From assembly GCA_044376115.1 (NCBI GenBank), contig JBILLK010000010.1, forward strand, positions 288,488 to 352,487: 64,000 nt of DNA, in the 5' to 3' direction. This DNA is from Polyangiaceae bacterium (GTDB lineage: Bacteria; Myxococcota_A; Polyangia; Polyangiales; Polyangiaceae). Within the stretch, counting starts at the first letter, position 1, and each line of letters opens with the position of its first letter. The notes under the pieces are model-generated. The model saw nothing but the letters and a program-made list of their open reading frames with translations. It made no database searches and was not told the DNA's origin. The position numbers and the translations under genes are program-made. Below, piece by piece: positions 1-10,529 of the stretch.

Positions 1-1068
1 CTGAGCAGCGTCGGCCACCTCCAGCGGGTTCTTGGTGTCCACCATGATGGCGACCTCTTCGGTAGCTCGTGCATCCTTTGAGCGGGCCTCAGCGCCGGCT
101 TGAGGGCCATGGTGAATTCCCTGCGGGTGAAGCGTCACCATGCCCGGGGAGATGCCCTCGCGGCTGAAGAAGTTACCGCTGTGGTAAAAGAGGATTTCGT
201 CGAAGTCGATGTTCGAGTGATAGAACGGTACCTTCAACGCGGTTGGATCGCCGTTCTCTAGCGGACGTGGCGCAAAGGTACAGATGACGGCGTTGGGCAT
301 GACGAACGTCGAGTGCGCCGAGGGCGGGAGGTGGTAGCGATCTGAACTCACGGGCCGAATATCGCGTACGCGCAACTTCAACGCGCTGAGCGTGCCCTTC
401 CAGCCCACGGTGTTGATCGGGCAGAAGGGATAGAAGATTTTGGTGGTCTGACCGCTACGGACCACTCTCAACTCGAACTCGCCCTCGGGCGTGACCGGCG
501 TAGCAAGCGAACCTTCCTCGGGCGACGGAACCACCAATACCGCCGGGTCGAAGAGCGCGTGTTGCCCCAACATTCCGCGGTCGGGGAAGCTGACCTCCCC
601 GGCGCTCTCGACGACGAAGAGGCGCGTCGCGCTGGTGGGCGAGAGGCGCTGCACGGTACCGCGCGGGATCAAGAGGTAGTCTCCGGGCTCGTAGCTCAGC
701 GGGCCGAAGTCGGTCTCCAGGCGGCCTGCACCGCGGTGAACGAACAGCACCTCGTCGGCGTCGGCGTTGCGGTAGAAGAACGGCCAGGGCTCGAGCGCGC
801 TGGCCCAAGACAGACGGACATCCGCGTTGAAGAAGAGCGGCGTGCGACCGAGCTGATCAGCGGGCCCGGCAATAGGCTGCTCCAAATCATACGCGCGCGG
901 ACGCAGCGGCCCCTCGATTCGCGTCCAGCCTACCGGAGCTTCACGCCGATACAGGTGCGCGTACCGGCCAAAGAAACCGCCGCGCGCGTACTCCTCCTCA
1001 ACGGTGCCCTCGGGCAGACCAACGTGTGCCTGCTGAGCCACCCTGCCACGAATGTAGGGGATATCCAT
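1..1068 (-). CDS. hmgA: Homogentisate 1,2-dioxygenase (partial, runs off left edge)
   Basis: Absent from ORF track (no stop in window). Hand translation from ATG 1068: MDIPYIRGRVAQQAHVGLPEGTVEEEYARGGFFGRYAHLY...PFYHSNIDFDEILFYHSG...LHPQGIHHGP, i.e. HGD iron-ligand motifs. Confidence 0.85.
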   Translation of the reverse strand, partial: MDIPYIRGRVAQQAHVGLPEGTVEEEYARGGFFGRYAHLYRREAPVGWTRIEGPLRPRAYDLEQPIAGPADQLGRTPLFFNADVRLSWASALEPWPFFYRNADADEVLFVHRGAGRLETDFGPLSYEPGDYLLIPRGTVQRLSPTSATRLFVVESAGEVSFPDRGMLGQHALFDPAVLVVPSPEEGSLATPVTPEGEFELRVVRSGQTTKIFYPFCPINTVGWKGTLSALKLRVRDIRPVSSDRYHLPPSAHSTFVMPNAVICTFAPRPLENGDPTALKVPFYHSNIDFDEILFYHSGNFFSREGISPGMVTLHPQGIHHGPQAGAEARSKDARATEEVAIMVDTKNPLEVADAAQ

Positions 1069-1119
1069 CAGCCAAGCGTGACGCCAAATGCTTTCTCAAG
1101 AAAGACACAATGTTTGACC

Positions 1120-1148
1120 ATACAATGTCCATTCTATGGACATTGTAT
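1120..1148. promoter_or_regulatory. Perfect inverted repeat, probable LysR operator
   Basis: ATACAATGTCCAT-TCT-ATGGACATTGTAT; T-N11-A core (1128-1140); lies between divergent hmgA and LysR. Confidence 0.65.
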
Positions 1149-2023
1149 CGGCCCCGCTCGTCACCTTGGAGCAGGCGCGTGTGCTTGATGCCTTGGCCAA
1201 AGCCGGCTCGCTCAAGGCAGCTGCCAAAGCCTTGGCCAAGGGACACTCAGCGGTGCTTTACACGCTGAGAACGTTGGAGGAAGCCCTCGATCTGCGCTTG
1301 CTCGACCGCTCTGGCTACAGGCTAAAGTTCACGCCGGCCGGAGAACGCGTGCTCGAAGGGATGCGCCAGCTGCTCGACGCCGAACGTCGATTGCAGGTCG
1401 CTGTTCACGAGGTGAAGAGCGGTTGGGAGCCGCGGCTCTCGATCGTGGTGGACGGGGTTTGCCCAACCTCCCGGCTGTTCGAGGTCGTCGCCGGCTTGGC
1501 ACAGAGCGGCGCCGCTACGCGTATCGAGGTAATCACCGAGTTTCTGTCGGGCGTCGAAGCAGCCTTCGAGGCGCGCGAAGCCGACCTGATGATCTCGGTG
1601 CTGCCCGCTTCGTCGAGGTTGGTCACGGCTACCGTGTTGCCAACGTTTCGAGCCTACCTGGTTGCGCACAAGCGCCACCCACTCTCCTCGCAGAAGCGGC
1701 TCACGCTCGAGGAGCTCGCTAGCAACGTATTGCTCACTGTGCGCGGTTCGGATCCGCGGCTGTCCCTCTCCACCTCAGGGATCGAGCCGCAATCGCAGGT
1801 CGTGCTCAATGACTTTGCGGCGAAGAAGACAGCGTTATTGGCCGGGGTTGGCTTCGGTTGGATGCCGGAGCACCTGATCCAGGCGGAACTCGCGCGCGGA
1901 GATTGCAAGAAGCTCTCGCTCGCCGCCGGCGCTACCCATGAGTTCGCTCCGCGGCTCTACCGACGTCGTGGACGCAAGCTCGGCCGCGCTGGGCAGGCGG
2001 TGTTTGCGGCGCTCACCGAGTAG
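1136..2023 (+). CDS. LysR-family transcriptional regulator
   Basis: N-terminal HTH (GSLKAAAKAL...SAVLYTLRTLEEAL) plus substrate-binding domain (GVGFGWMP). Confidence 0.92.
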   Translation: MDIVSAPLVTLEQARVLDALAKAGSLKAAAKALAKGHSAVLYTLRTLEEALDLRLLDRSGYRLKFTPAGERVLEGMRQLLDAERRLQVAVHEVKSGWEPRLSIVVDGVCPTSRLFEVVAGLAQSGAATRIEVITEFLSGVEAAFEAREADLMISVLPASSRLVTATVLPTFRAYLVAHKRHPLSSQKRLTLEELASNVLLTVRGSDPRLSLSTSGIEPQSQVVLNDFAAKKTALLAGVGFGWMPEHLIQAELARGDCKKLSLAAGATHEFAPRLYRRRGRKLGRAGQAVFAALTE

Positions 2024-2084
2024 AGCCGCAGGGGCGATCGTCGAGCGCTGCCCAAGCGCGAAGAACCGAGTAGCATCGCCCGCG

Positions 2085-3848
2085 ATGGCTAGACTCGACC
2101 CTCATTCCTACGCTGATGACTCGCACTCCAAGGTGATCGCCGTCGACTGGGAGGCACGCGTCGATTTTGCGAGCCGAACACTCGAAGCGACAGCGCTGCT
2201 CGAGCTGGACGCGCCCTCTCTTGCAGGTCCGCTCGACCTCGACAGCCGGCAGCTAACCGTGATTGCCATCAGCGACGCGCAGGACAACCCGATCGAGTTC
2301 AGCTTGGGTGCAGCCGATCCGGTGCTCGGGTCGAAGCTCTCGCTCATGCTCCCGGCCGGCATCAAGACGGTTAAAATTCGCTATTGCACAGCCCCCGACG
2401 CGAGCGCTTTGCAATGGCTCGAGCCCCCGCAGACGGCCGGCGGCAAACACCCATATCTTTTCTCGCAATGTCAGGCGATCCACACTCGCTCGATCTTGCC
2501 GCTGCAAGACACGCCAAGCCGCCGCATAACCTATGTCGCCAAGCTGACGGTGCCAGCGCCGCTGCGAGCGCTGATGGCGGCGGGCTTCGTCAGCCGCGAG
2601 GTCGTCGGGGAGCAAGCCGTCGAGCATTGGGCTATGCCGCAGCCGCTAGCCCCTTATCTCTTCGCCTTTGCGGTAGGTGAGCTCGAATCAAGGAAGCTCG
2701 GCGAGCGCTCGATGGTCTGGGCCGAACCCTCGGTGGTGGACGCCGCTGCTTGGGAGTTCGAAGAAATCGACAAGATGCTCGACGCGGGAGAGGCGCTCTT
2801 CGGCGCTTACGCCTGGGAGCGGTTCGACATTCTGGTGATGCCTCCGTCCTTCCCCTATGGCGGTATGGAGAACCCGCGGCTTACCTTCGTTACCCCGACG
2901 CTGTTGGCGAAGGATCGCTCGCAGGTACGCGTGATTGCGCATGAGCTGGCTCACGCTTGGACGGGCAATCTCGTAACCAATAGCAACGCCGAGCACTTCT
3001 GGCTCAATGAGGGCTGGACTCGCTATGCCGAATTGCGCATCACTGAGGTAGTCGAGGGGCCGGACGCCGCAGCGTTGCTCGCGGCGATCTGCCGACACGA
3101 CCTCGATGAAACGGTGGAACGCTTCGCGCGGGCCGGCCAGGGCGCGCTCACCCGATTGCGCACGCATCTGACCGGGGTCGACCCCGACGAGGCCTTCTCT
3201 GTCGTGCCTTACGACAAGGGCGAATTGTTCTTGCGAACGATCGAGGGGAAGGTCGGGCGTGAGCGGTTCGACGTATTCGCCAAACGCTACCTCGATAAGT
3301 TCCGCTTTGGCGCGGTCACCACCGAAGAGTTTCTCGCCTTCACCGAAGCGGAGCTGCCAGGGGTGCTAACGGCAATGGACGCGACACGCTGGATTGACGG
3401 CGAAGGTGTACCGGAGGGCGCCCCCAGCGTGCGTTCGGCAAAGCTTGCTGCGGTTGAGGCGATGGGCAGCGCGCTGCCGCCCTCGGGGCTCGAGCTTTCT
3501 TCGACCGAATGGAACCTCTGGCTCGATCGGCTGCCACGTCCGATGCCGAGAGACTTCTGTGAGGCCCTCGACCAGCGTTATCCCTTCACGAGCACCGGCA
3601 ACATGGAGGTCAAGGTGTCGTGGCTGCGGGTCGCACTCAGCTCCGGGTACGACAACGTTTTGCCCGAGGTTTCGCGCGTGCTCGAGACGGTAGGCAGGAT
3701 GAAGTACCTCGTGCCGCTGTACACGGCCTTGCTCGAGCGCCCCGAGACAGCCGCGCTTGCCCGCAGCATCTTTGAGCGCGCCGCACCCAGTTACCACCCA
3801 ATCGCGCGAGCGGTATTGAAGGGCAGACTCGCACCATCCCCCGCCTAG
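2085..3848 (+). CDS. M1-family aminopeptidase (leukotriene A4 hydrolase-like)
   Basis: GGMEN and HELAH...NEG motifs; start taken at MARLDPHSY. Confidence 0.92.
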   Translation: MARLDPHSYADDSHSKVIAVDWEARVDFASRTLEATALLELDAPSLAGPLDLDSRQLTVIAISDAQDNPIEFSLGAADPVLGSKLSLMLPAGIKTVKIRYCTAPDASALQWLEPPQTAGGKHPYLFSQCQAIHTRSILPLQDTPSRRITYVAKLTVPAPLRALMAAGFVSREVVGEQAVEHWAMPQPLAPYLFAFAVGELESRKLGERSMVWAEPSVVDAAAWEFEEIDKMLDAGEALFGAYAWERFDILVMPPSFPYGGMENPRLTFVTPTLLAKDRSQVRVIAHELAHAWTGNLVTNSNAEHFWLNEGWTRYAELRITEVVEGPDAAALLAAICRHDLDETVERFARAGQGALTRLRTHLTGVDPDEAFSVVPYDKGELFLRTIEGKVGRERFDVFAKRYLDKFRFGAVTTEEFLAFTEAELPGVLTAMDATRWIDGEGVPEGAPSVRSAKLAAVEAMGSALPPSGLELSSTEWNLWLDRLPRPMPRDFCEALDQRYPFTSTGNMEVKVSWLRVALSSGYDNVLPEVSRVLETVGRMKYLVPLYTALLERPETAALARSIFERAAPSYHPIARAVLKGRLAPSPA

Positions 3849-3897
3849 CCTTAGTCCCCACTTGTGACGGCGGAGCGGCGGCGCTAGCAACGCCACA

Positions 3898-5316
3898 ATG
3901 GATGTCGTCAGCGTCAAACAAGCTCTCGCGGGACAGGTAGCGGTCGGCAACAAAGTCGAGGTTCGCGGCTGGGTGCGCACTCGTCGCGACTCGAAGGCCG
4001 GCATCTCGTTCATTCATGTGACCGATGGCAGCTGCCAGGACCCGATTCAGGTGGTTGGGCCAAACACGCTCGAGAACTACCAGACGGAGGTGCTGCGTCT
4101 CTCCACCGGCAGCTCGCTGATTTGCCGCGGCACGTTGGTTCAAAGCCAAGGGAAGGGCCAGTCCTTCGAGATTCAGGCGGACGAGGTGATCGCCGTCGGC
4201 TTCGTGGATGACCCCGAGACCTACCCGATGCAGCCGAAGCAACACACCGCGGAGTTCCTCCGTGAGCAGGCGCATTTGCGGCCTCGGACCAACACCTTCG
4301 GAGCGGTCGCGCGCATCCGCCACGCGGCGGCCATGGCGATTCATCGCTTCTTCAACGATGAAGGCTTCGCTTGGGTCAACACGCCCATCGTCACCGCCTC
4401 CGATGCGGAGGGCGCGGGGCAGATGTTTCGCGTCTCGACGTTGGACATCAACAACCTGCCGCGCAGTGACGGCAAGGTCGACTTTCAGAAGGACTTCTTC
4501 GGCAAAGAGGCCTACCTCACAGTCTCAGGCCAGCTCAACGTAGAGGCCTATTGTCTCGCGCTCTCCAAGGTCTACACCTTTGGACCGACGTTCCGCGCGG
4601 AGAACTCAAACACCAGCCGGCACTTGGCCGAGTTCTGGATGATCGAGCCGGAGATCGCCTTCGCCGATCTGAACGCCGACGCTGACCTGGCCGAGCGTTT
4701 CCTAAAGGCCGTATTCCGCTCGGTGCTAGCCGAACGCAGTGACGACCTCAAGTTCCTGGAGACGACGGTTGGCAAAGGCATCGTCACACAGAGCGGCCTC
4801 TTGAGCAGACTCGAAGCCTTCGTCGAGTCTTCCTTCGAGCGGATTGAATACACAGCGGCGATCGAGATCCTGAAGGCGGCCAAGAAGAAGAAGTTCGAGT
4901 ACGCGCCAGAGTGGGGCAAAGACCTGCAAACGGAGCACGAGCGCTATTTGACTGAAGAGCACATCGGCCGGCCGGTGGTGGTAATGAACTATCCCGAGCA
5001 GATCAAAGCGTTTTACATGCGTATGAACGAGGACGGTAAAACCGTCGCGGCGATGGATGTATTGGCGCCAGGGATTGGCGAGATTATCGGTGGCAGCCAA
5101 CGTGAAGAGCGGCTCGACCGCTTGGACGCTCGCATGCGCGCGATGAACCTGGTGCCTGAGCACTACGGTTGGTACCGCGATTTGCGCCGCTACGGCTCTG
5201 TTCCGCACGCAGGCTTTGGCCTCGGCTTCGAGCGCCTGATTGTCTACATCTGCGGGCTCGCCAACATTCGCGACGCCATTCCCTACCCGCGCGTTCCGGG
5301 ATGGGCGCAGTTCTGA
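3898..5316 (+). CDS. asnS: Asparagine--tRNA ligase
   Basis: GWVRTRR OB fold, [36 protein letters not shown]. Confidence 0.97.
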   Translation: MDVVSVKQALAGQVAVGNKVEVRGWVRTRRDSKAGISFIHVTDGSCQDPIQVVGPNTLENYQTEVLRLSTGSSLICRGTLVQSQGKGQSFEIQADEVIAVGFVDDPETYPMQPKQHTAEFLREQAHLRPRTNTFGAVARIRHAAAMAIHRFFNDEGFAWVNTPIVTASDAEGAGQMFRVSTLDINNLPRSDGKVDFQKDFFGKEAYLTVSGQLNVEAYCLALSKVYTFGPTFRAENSNTSRHLAEFWMIEPEIAFADLNADADLAERFLKAVFRSVLAERSDDLKFLETTVGKGIVTQSGLLSRLEAFVESSFERIEYTAAIEILKAAKKKKFEYAPEWGKDLQTEHERYLTEEHIGRPVVVMNYPEQIKAFYMRMNEDGKTVAAMDVLAPGIGEIIGGSQREERLDRLDARMRAMNLVPEHYGWYRDLRRYGSVPHAGFGLGFERLIVYICGLANIRDAIPYPRVPGWAQF

Positions 5317-5354
5317 GGGTGCCTGACGTGGGCAAGATCGACTACCATCGGAGC

Positions 5355-6041
5355 GTGAAATCTTCGCTTCGCCCGCGGTGGTCACTACCCAGCGTGATGA
5401 CCTGCTTCGTGTGCCTCGGCGCCTGCTTCCCGGACTTCGGTTTTGGTGGGGCTGGCGGCACCGGGGCTGGCGGAGATGGGCGTGGTGGCGACGGACGTGG
5501 TGGTGATCCCGTTGGGCCGGGCAATGGCGGTGGGCCGGGCAATGGCGGCGGGCCGGGCAACGGCGGCGGGCCGGGCAACGGCGGCGGCCCGGGCAATGGC
5601 GCTGGGCCTGGCAATGGCGGCAGCACCAGCAACGGCGCTGGCCATGCGGGTGGGATGGGCGGCAGCGGAGAGGGCGGAATGGCTGTCGTGGCCCAAGTAG
5701 CTTGTGGGCCGGATGACCCAGCGACGCCTTGTCCACCGGGCAATGTTTGCTGCTTCCACAGCTTCTTTACGGACTCCGACGCATGCGCGCTGGCGCAAGA
5801 TGGTTGCGGCACGGCAAAGACGCTGCGGTGCAACTTCCATGATGATTGCACGGGCAGCCAACTCTGTTGCGGTGACTACGACACCGCGAATGACATCTAC
5901 GAGACAGAGTGCCGAGAGTCTTGCGCGGACGAGACGATGTGCAACAGCACCGCAGACTGCGGGGCGGGCCAGGAGTGCCTGCCATTTTTAACTGGCTATT
6001 ACAACTACGACAACGCGTACCTCTCCTGCCAGCCCCTGTAG
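5355..6041 (+). CDS. Gly-linker, Cys-rich lipoprotein
   Basis: LGAC lipobox, GPGNGG repeats, Cys-rich C-terminus; GTG start at 5355 uncertain. Confidence 0.7.
   Translation: MKSSLRPRWSLPSVMTCFVCLGACFPDFGFGGAGGTGAGGDGRGGDGRGGDPVGPGNGGGPGNGGGPGNGGGPGNGGGPGNGAGPGNGGSTSNGAGHAGGMGGSGEGGMAVVAQVACGPDDPATPCPPGNVCCFHSFFTDSDACALAQDGCGTAKTLRCNFHDDCTGSQLCCGDYDTANDIYETECRESCADETMCNSTADCGAGQECLPFLTGYYNYDNAYLSCQPL
5514..5621 (+). repeat. 6 x 18-bp in-frame tandem repeat (GPGNGG)
   Basis: gggccgggcaayggcggy units with minor variation. Confidence 0.85.
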
Positions 6042-6064
6042 CCAAGCGCAACGTGCTCAGCCGT

Positions 6065-6448
6065 ATGACGCTTGGCAACACCTTCGAGGAAGCGCCGATT
6101 GAACACACGGCTAAGTTTCTTTGGCTCTTCTCGCTGTTACCGTTAATCGGCCAGGCGATGGAGCTCGCGATGCCGCCCGGAACCTCCGGCACCGATTCAT
6201 GGGCTCGTTACTCGGGTTTCGTCGTGGCGGCCGTCATCGCAGGCGTTGGGGTTGGAGTTTACCGCTGCTCGCTGCTGGTGGCGCGAGTTGGCTTTGCGCT
6301 GTTCAGCCTGGGGGCGTTAGGCATCCTGGGGGCTGCGCTACTCGCTGAGAACAGCCAAGCAGCGGCGGTGCTCGTGGCGCTACCAACCTGGGGCGCGATC
6401 AAGCTCTATAAGGTATGTGGAGTGCTGGCCGCTCCCGGCAGACAATGA
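6065..6448 (+). CDS. Small membrane protein (about 4 TM)
   Basis: Four hydrophobic segments; stop overlaps next ATG. Confidence 0.6.
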   Translation: MTLGNTFEEAPIEHTAKFLWLFSLLPLIGQAMELAMPPGTSGTDSWARYSGFVVAAVIAGVGVGVYRCSLLVARVGFALFSLGALGILGAALLAENSQAAAVLVALPTWGAIKLYKVCGVLAAPGRQ

Positions 6449-7341
6449 GCCACAAGGCGATAGCTCGTTGGCTCATCGCGGTGAGCATCGGCTGCGGCGC
6501 CCCTGACCATCAACACGCCCCTACCCTTGCATCCGCCAGCGAACGCATGGCGTTGACGGCCTCAGCCGCAGTTGGCAGCGCTGCTTCTAGCCCAAGTGCA
6601 GCGACTCCGAGCGCCGCGGTGGAGGCGCCGCCGCATCGCGCGCTGTTTCAAGATGAGCCGAGCGTTAGGCAGTTAGCGCTGCCAGGCTTTGAACCAGCTC
6701 ACATCGTGTTACCGCGTGGCGAAGGGCGGAAGAAAGCGCGGCTCGCTGTGATCGCGCATGGCGCCGGTGAGCGCCCAGAGCCTCATTGCGCCCACTATGA
6801 AGCGTTGCTCCCGGATGACTACTTGCTCGTGTGCACCCGCGGATACCCTAGTAACAAACACCTGCCGGAGCCGCAGCGCGGTTACTTCTATGATGGGCAC
6901 CCCAAACTCGGGCAGGAGCTGCAAGCGATCTTTACGCTGCTTGCAACGGAGGAACCCTATGCTTCCAGCGTCGAGCTCGAACGGGCGCTCTACGTTGGAT
7001 TCTCGCAGGGTGCGAGTATGGGCATCCTGGCCTTGCACGAGCGGCCCGATTTAGCTGCCCACTTCAATGGCGTCTTGTTGGTGGACGGCGGGGCCGGCGA
7101 ATGGACCGTAAGTCTCGCGAAACGTATGGCTGAGCGTGATATGCGAGTTGGTATCGTCTGTGGTCAACCCAGCTGCCGCGAGAAGGCCGAGCGCTCGCGA
7201 CCTTGGCTCGCACAGGCCGGGCTCGCCGCCGAGCTGCGGTTACGCACGGCGAGCCACAGCCTGGATGGTCCACTTGGTGAGGACGTCAAAGAGCTTTTGC
7301 CTTGGCTATTGCGCGAGCCCGGACCAGCGACTGCTCAATGA
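6445..7341 (+). CDS. Alpha/beta-hydrolase-fold lipoprotein (esterase-like)
   Basis: SIGC lipobox-like, IAHGAG oxyanion segment, GFSQG nucleophile elbow. Confidence 0.7.
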   Translation: MSHKAIARWLIAVSIGCGAPDHQHAPTLASASERMALTASAAVGSAASSPSAATPSAAVEAPPHRALFQDEPSVRQLALPGFEPAHIVLPRGEGRKKARLAVIAHGAGERPEPHCAHYEALLPDDYLLVCTRGYPSNKHLPEPQRGYFYDGHPKLGQELQAIFTLLATEEPYASSVELERALYVGFSQGASMGILALHERPDLAAHFNGVLLVDGGAGEWTVSLAKRMAERDMRVGIVCGQPSCREKAERSRPWLAQAGLAAELRLRTASHSLDGPLGEDVKELLPWLLREPGPATAQ

Positions 7342-8063
7342 AGGTCGAAGAGTAGGACCTCTCCAGCGCCTTCGCCTTCGACCCGCATCACCCCTCCCAC
7401 AGTCGCCTTGCTGAATGCGGCGTCGCCCGCCTCGAGTCGCTCACCATTGACCATTACCGCGCCTTTGGCGACGTGCAGCCACAGATGCCGGCCCGCCGGG
7501 AGTTCAAAGCTCGCGCTGTCCCCCGATTCAAATACGCCGGCATACATAGCCGCGTCTGCGTGGATACGAATGCTGCCTTCCCGCCCGTCTTTGGAGGCCA
7601 CCAAGGCCAAGCGCCCTTTGCGCGCTTCAACCGGAAAGTTCTTTTGCTCGTAGCCCGGAGGATTGCCCGCTTGGTCTGGCTGAACCCAGATCTGCAAGAA
7701 GTGGACGTCCTCCTGTTTTGAAGCGTTGTATTCGCTGTGACGGACACCGGTTCCAGCGCTCATACGCTGCACATCTCCTGGCCGAATCACCGAGCCAGTA
7801 CCCATCGAGTCCTTGTGTTCGAGCGCGCCCGCGAGCACGTACGAAAGGATCTCCATGTCGCGATGCCTATGCGTTGGAAAGCCCTGCCCAGGCGCCACCC
7901 GGTCATCATTGATCACCCGCAGAGCGCGAAAGCCCATCCACGAGGGGTCATAGAAGTCGGCGAAGGAGAAGGTGTGCTTCGACCGAAGCCAGCCGTGATT
8001 GGCGTCGCCACGCTCTCCCGACCTGCGAAAGCCCAGCACCAACGGCTCCACCGAGTTACTCAT
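7335..8063 (-). CDS. Pirin family protein (YhhW-like)
   Basis: HGWLRSKHTFSFADFYDP, GFPTHRHRDMEI, MSAGTGVRHSE, FLQIW; alternative start at 8099. Confidence 0.92.
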   Translation of the reverse strand: MSNSVEPLVLGFRRSGERGDANHGWLRSKHTFSFADFYDPSWMGFRALRVINDDRVAPGQGFPTHRHRDMEILSYVLAGALEHKDSMGTGSVIRPGDVQRMSAGTGVRHSEYNASKQEDVHFLQIWVQPDQAGNPPGYEQKNFPVEARKGRLALVASKDGREGSIRIHADAAMYAGVFESGDSASFELPAGRHLWLHVAKGAVMVNGERLEAGDAAFSKATVGGVMRVEGEGAGEVLLFDLH

Positions 8064-8170
8064 CTCAACACCCCCAGCGCTTGTGCCTTCAGACTTCATA
8101 GCGGCTCCTGTGCGAACCAGAGTAGGCCGTTGTTCGACAACCGGTAGCCCCAGTGAAACGATAGTTAGCA

Positions 8171-9130
8171 TCAGCGGGGGCGATTGTTCTTCCGACGCGC
8201 GATCCGAGGCGTGGCTCCGGCTGGGATGGCGATCACTCGTTCGCAAAGTTGCGGCAAGCTATCGAAGATCCAACGGTGCGCTGGCCCCAAGGTCATGTCG
8301 CGTCGATAGATGAGCGAGAGGCAGAGCGAGTGTTCGTCCTTGCCCCAGGCGGCCGGGCGAATCACCACCAGTCTGCCCTGCTCGAGGTCTTCACGCACGT
8401 AGTGCTCCGGCAGGTTTCCCCAACCAGCACCACCGAGCAGCAGCTTGCGTTTGGTGTAGAGGTCGGTGACGCGCCACGTCCGCGGGGAAAGTACGGCTTG
8501 ATCCGGAGCGCCTTCATCGAGCCGACGTTCGGCCAAGACGACCTGGATATGCTCGCGGAACGCCCTTGACTCGAGCGGCTGCGGTAGTCGCGCCAAGGGG
8601 TGGTCGGGGCAAGCGACAGCCAACATTGCAATCGTCGATAGCGGCCGGCGCTCAAACTCGGGCCGCTCGCCTTGCGGGCTGACCACACCGAGGGTTGCCG
8701 TGCGATTCAACACGCGCTCCGAGACGTCCGACATGGTTTGCGTGTCGATGCGCAGATCGACCGAGGGAAACGCCTCACGGAAGGCCGCCGCAAGCGTTAC
8801 CAGGGCCTCAACGGGGAAGAGGGCGTCTACGCACAAGGACACCTTGGCCTCGATTCCTCCCTGAAGGTCGCCGGCTAAGCGACCGAAGGCCTCGGCTTCT
8901 TCCAATACCCTATTAGCCGCAGTGAGCAGCGCTTCTCCGTGTGCGGTGAGCGTTGGGATGCGGGTCGTACGGTTCCAGAGCACGACACCGAGCTGCTCCT
9001 CGAGATTCGACATCGTGCTACTTACTGCAGATTGAGCTCGCTTTAGCTTTCGAGCCGCCGCCGAAAAATTCCCAGCCGCATGAATCGTAACGAAGGTACG
9101 CAGCTGGTCGAGGGTGAAGCCTTCATGCAT
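8171..9130 (-). CDS. LysR-family transcriptional regulator
   Basis: TLDQLRTF...GNFSAAARKL.RAQSAVS HTH; GWGNLP; start taken at MHEG. Confidence 0.93.
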   Translation of the reverse strand: MHEGFTLDQLRTFVTIHAAGNFSAAARKLKRAQSAVSSTMSNLEEQLGVVLWNRTTRIPTLTAHGEALLTAANRVLEEAEAFGRLAGDLQGGIEAKVSLCVDALFPVEALVTLAAAFREAFPSVDLRIDTQTMSDVSERVLNRTATLGVVSPQGERPEFERRPLSTIAMLAVACPDHPLARLPQPLESRAFREHIQVVLAERRLDEGAPDQAVLSPRTWRVTDLYTKRKLLLGGAGWGNLPEHYVREDLEQGRLVVIRPAAWGKDEHSLCLSLIYRRDMTLGPAHRWIFDSLPQLCERVIAIPAGATPRIARRKNNRPR

Positions 9131-9222
9131 TACGCGGCGGAAGTTCCCACGCCGGCGCAGGGCTGTCGAGCAAGGACGAACCACTCGCCGATGACGGCCT
9201 TCTCAGCTATTGGACGACAACC

Positions 9223-9945
9223 ATGAAGACGCAGGTCCTACTCCTTGCTTGCTTGCTCACTGCGACCGGTGCGTGCGGAAGCAAGACCGATGGCAGCGCG
9301 AGCTCTGCTGAGAGTTCGAGCAAACCGCGCGCAAAGTCGAGCGCGAGCGCCCGCTCAAAGAGCGACGCAGCGGGCTCGGCGGCCGATACCGCCGTGGCAC
9401 TGAGTGCCAAGGCTCCCCCGAGCCAATCAGCCAGTGCAACAGCGTCGCCGCTAACAGGCGCGGCGCGCTGCAAAGCGCTGGGCTGCGAAGGGGATGGCAC
9501 GTTCTCAAGCAACTGCAGCTGCAAGGACAAGGGCGTTCTTCCGCCGGTAACCATTACCTGCAGCGGCAGCTACTCCTCGTTCGGTGCTGAGTGTGAAATA
9601 CACAACACCAGCCCAGAGACCATCAGCTGGATGCACGGTTCAATTTATTACTTTGACGCGCAAGGCAATCAGCTCGCGCAGAGCGAGCCTTCCGGCAAGG
9701 AGAAGCTCAAGCTCAAGCGCAAGCGCTACGTCATCAACGGCGAGGACGACGCGGGGCTGATCAATACGCACAACTTCGACCTCGCTCCGGGGGAGAAAGA
9801 GACCGACAAGTTTGGCTGGTCGGACAAGGACAAGCCGGCGCAGACCGCCCGCATTAGCGTGGTATTCGATGCTTGGTGTTTCGGCAAAGACCCCGACCAG
9901 TTCTGCGTCAATGTGGGCATGACCACGGCCGAAGCCCCACGATAG
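9223..9945 (+). CDS. Lipoprotein, unknown function
   Basis: TGAC lipobox, Ser/Ala linker, Cys-containing beta domain. Confidence 0.7.
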   Translation: MKTQVLLLACLLTATGACGSKTDGSASSAESSSKPRAKSSASARSKSDAAGSAADTAVALSAKAPPSQSASATASPLTGAARCKALGCEGDGTFSSNCSCKDKGVLPPVTITCSGSYSSFGAECEIHNTSPETISWMHGSIYYFDAQGNQLAQSEPSGKEKLKLKRKRYVINGEDDAGLINTHNFDLAPGEKETDKFGWSDKDKPAQTARISVVFDAWCFGKDPDQFCVNVGMTTAEAPR

Positions 9946-9968
9946 CCCCGGCGACCGAAGCATTGGAG

Positions 9969-10529
9969 ATGAAGCCGCTGCTCGTCGTTCTCGATCTCGA
10001 TGAGACGCTGGTCCATATCCCAGCCCAGCCGCTCGCCGCGCGGCCAGACTTTACGGTGGACGGCTATGCTGGGTATCGAAGGCCGCAGCTAGCTAGCTTT
10101 CTCGCTCAGCTTCGTGAGCGCTACCAACTAGCCGTCTGGACCTCGGCGAATCGCAATTACGCTGAGAGCGTGCTCGCGGAGGTCATGCCGTGGCGCGCCG
10201 AGTTGGTCTTCCTTTGGTGTAGCGAGCAGTGTTCTGCGGCGGGCGCGGCTGGGTCGTCCGGCCTTTACAAGGCGCCTGAGAAACTCGCCAAAGCGGGCTT
10301 CGACCTCAAACGGCTGGTGATCGTCGATGATTCGCCAGAGAAGCATCTACACAGCTATCGCAACCTGCTGCCAGTGCTGCCCTTCCTCGGGGATCCAAGC
10401 GACAAGGAGCTTGCCGCTGTCCTCCGTTACCTCGAGTGGCTGGACGCACAACCGGATGTAGGCTCCGTCGATAAGCGTGATTGGCGACCAAGCGTTGAAG
10501 CAGCGCTCAACGAAGATCATAACGTTTGA
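9969..10529 (+). CDS. NIF/FCP1-like HAD phosphatase
   Basis: VLDLDETLVH (DxDxT), RRP, VWTS, IVDDSP; GGAG upstream of ATG 9969. Confidence 0.88.
   Translation: MKPLLVVLDLDETLVHIPAQPLAARPDFTVDGYAGYRRPQLASFLAQLRERYQLAVWTSANRNYAESVLAEVMPWRAELVFLWCSEQCSAAGAAGSSGLYKAPEKLAKAGFDLKRLVIVDDSPEKHLHSYRNLLPVLPFLGDPSDKELAAVLRYLEWLDAQPDVGSVDKRDWRPSVEAALNEDHNV

Noticed and set aside
559..1188. 209-aa plus-strand ORF
   Set aside because: Antisense shadow of hmgA, which carries the real motifs.
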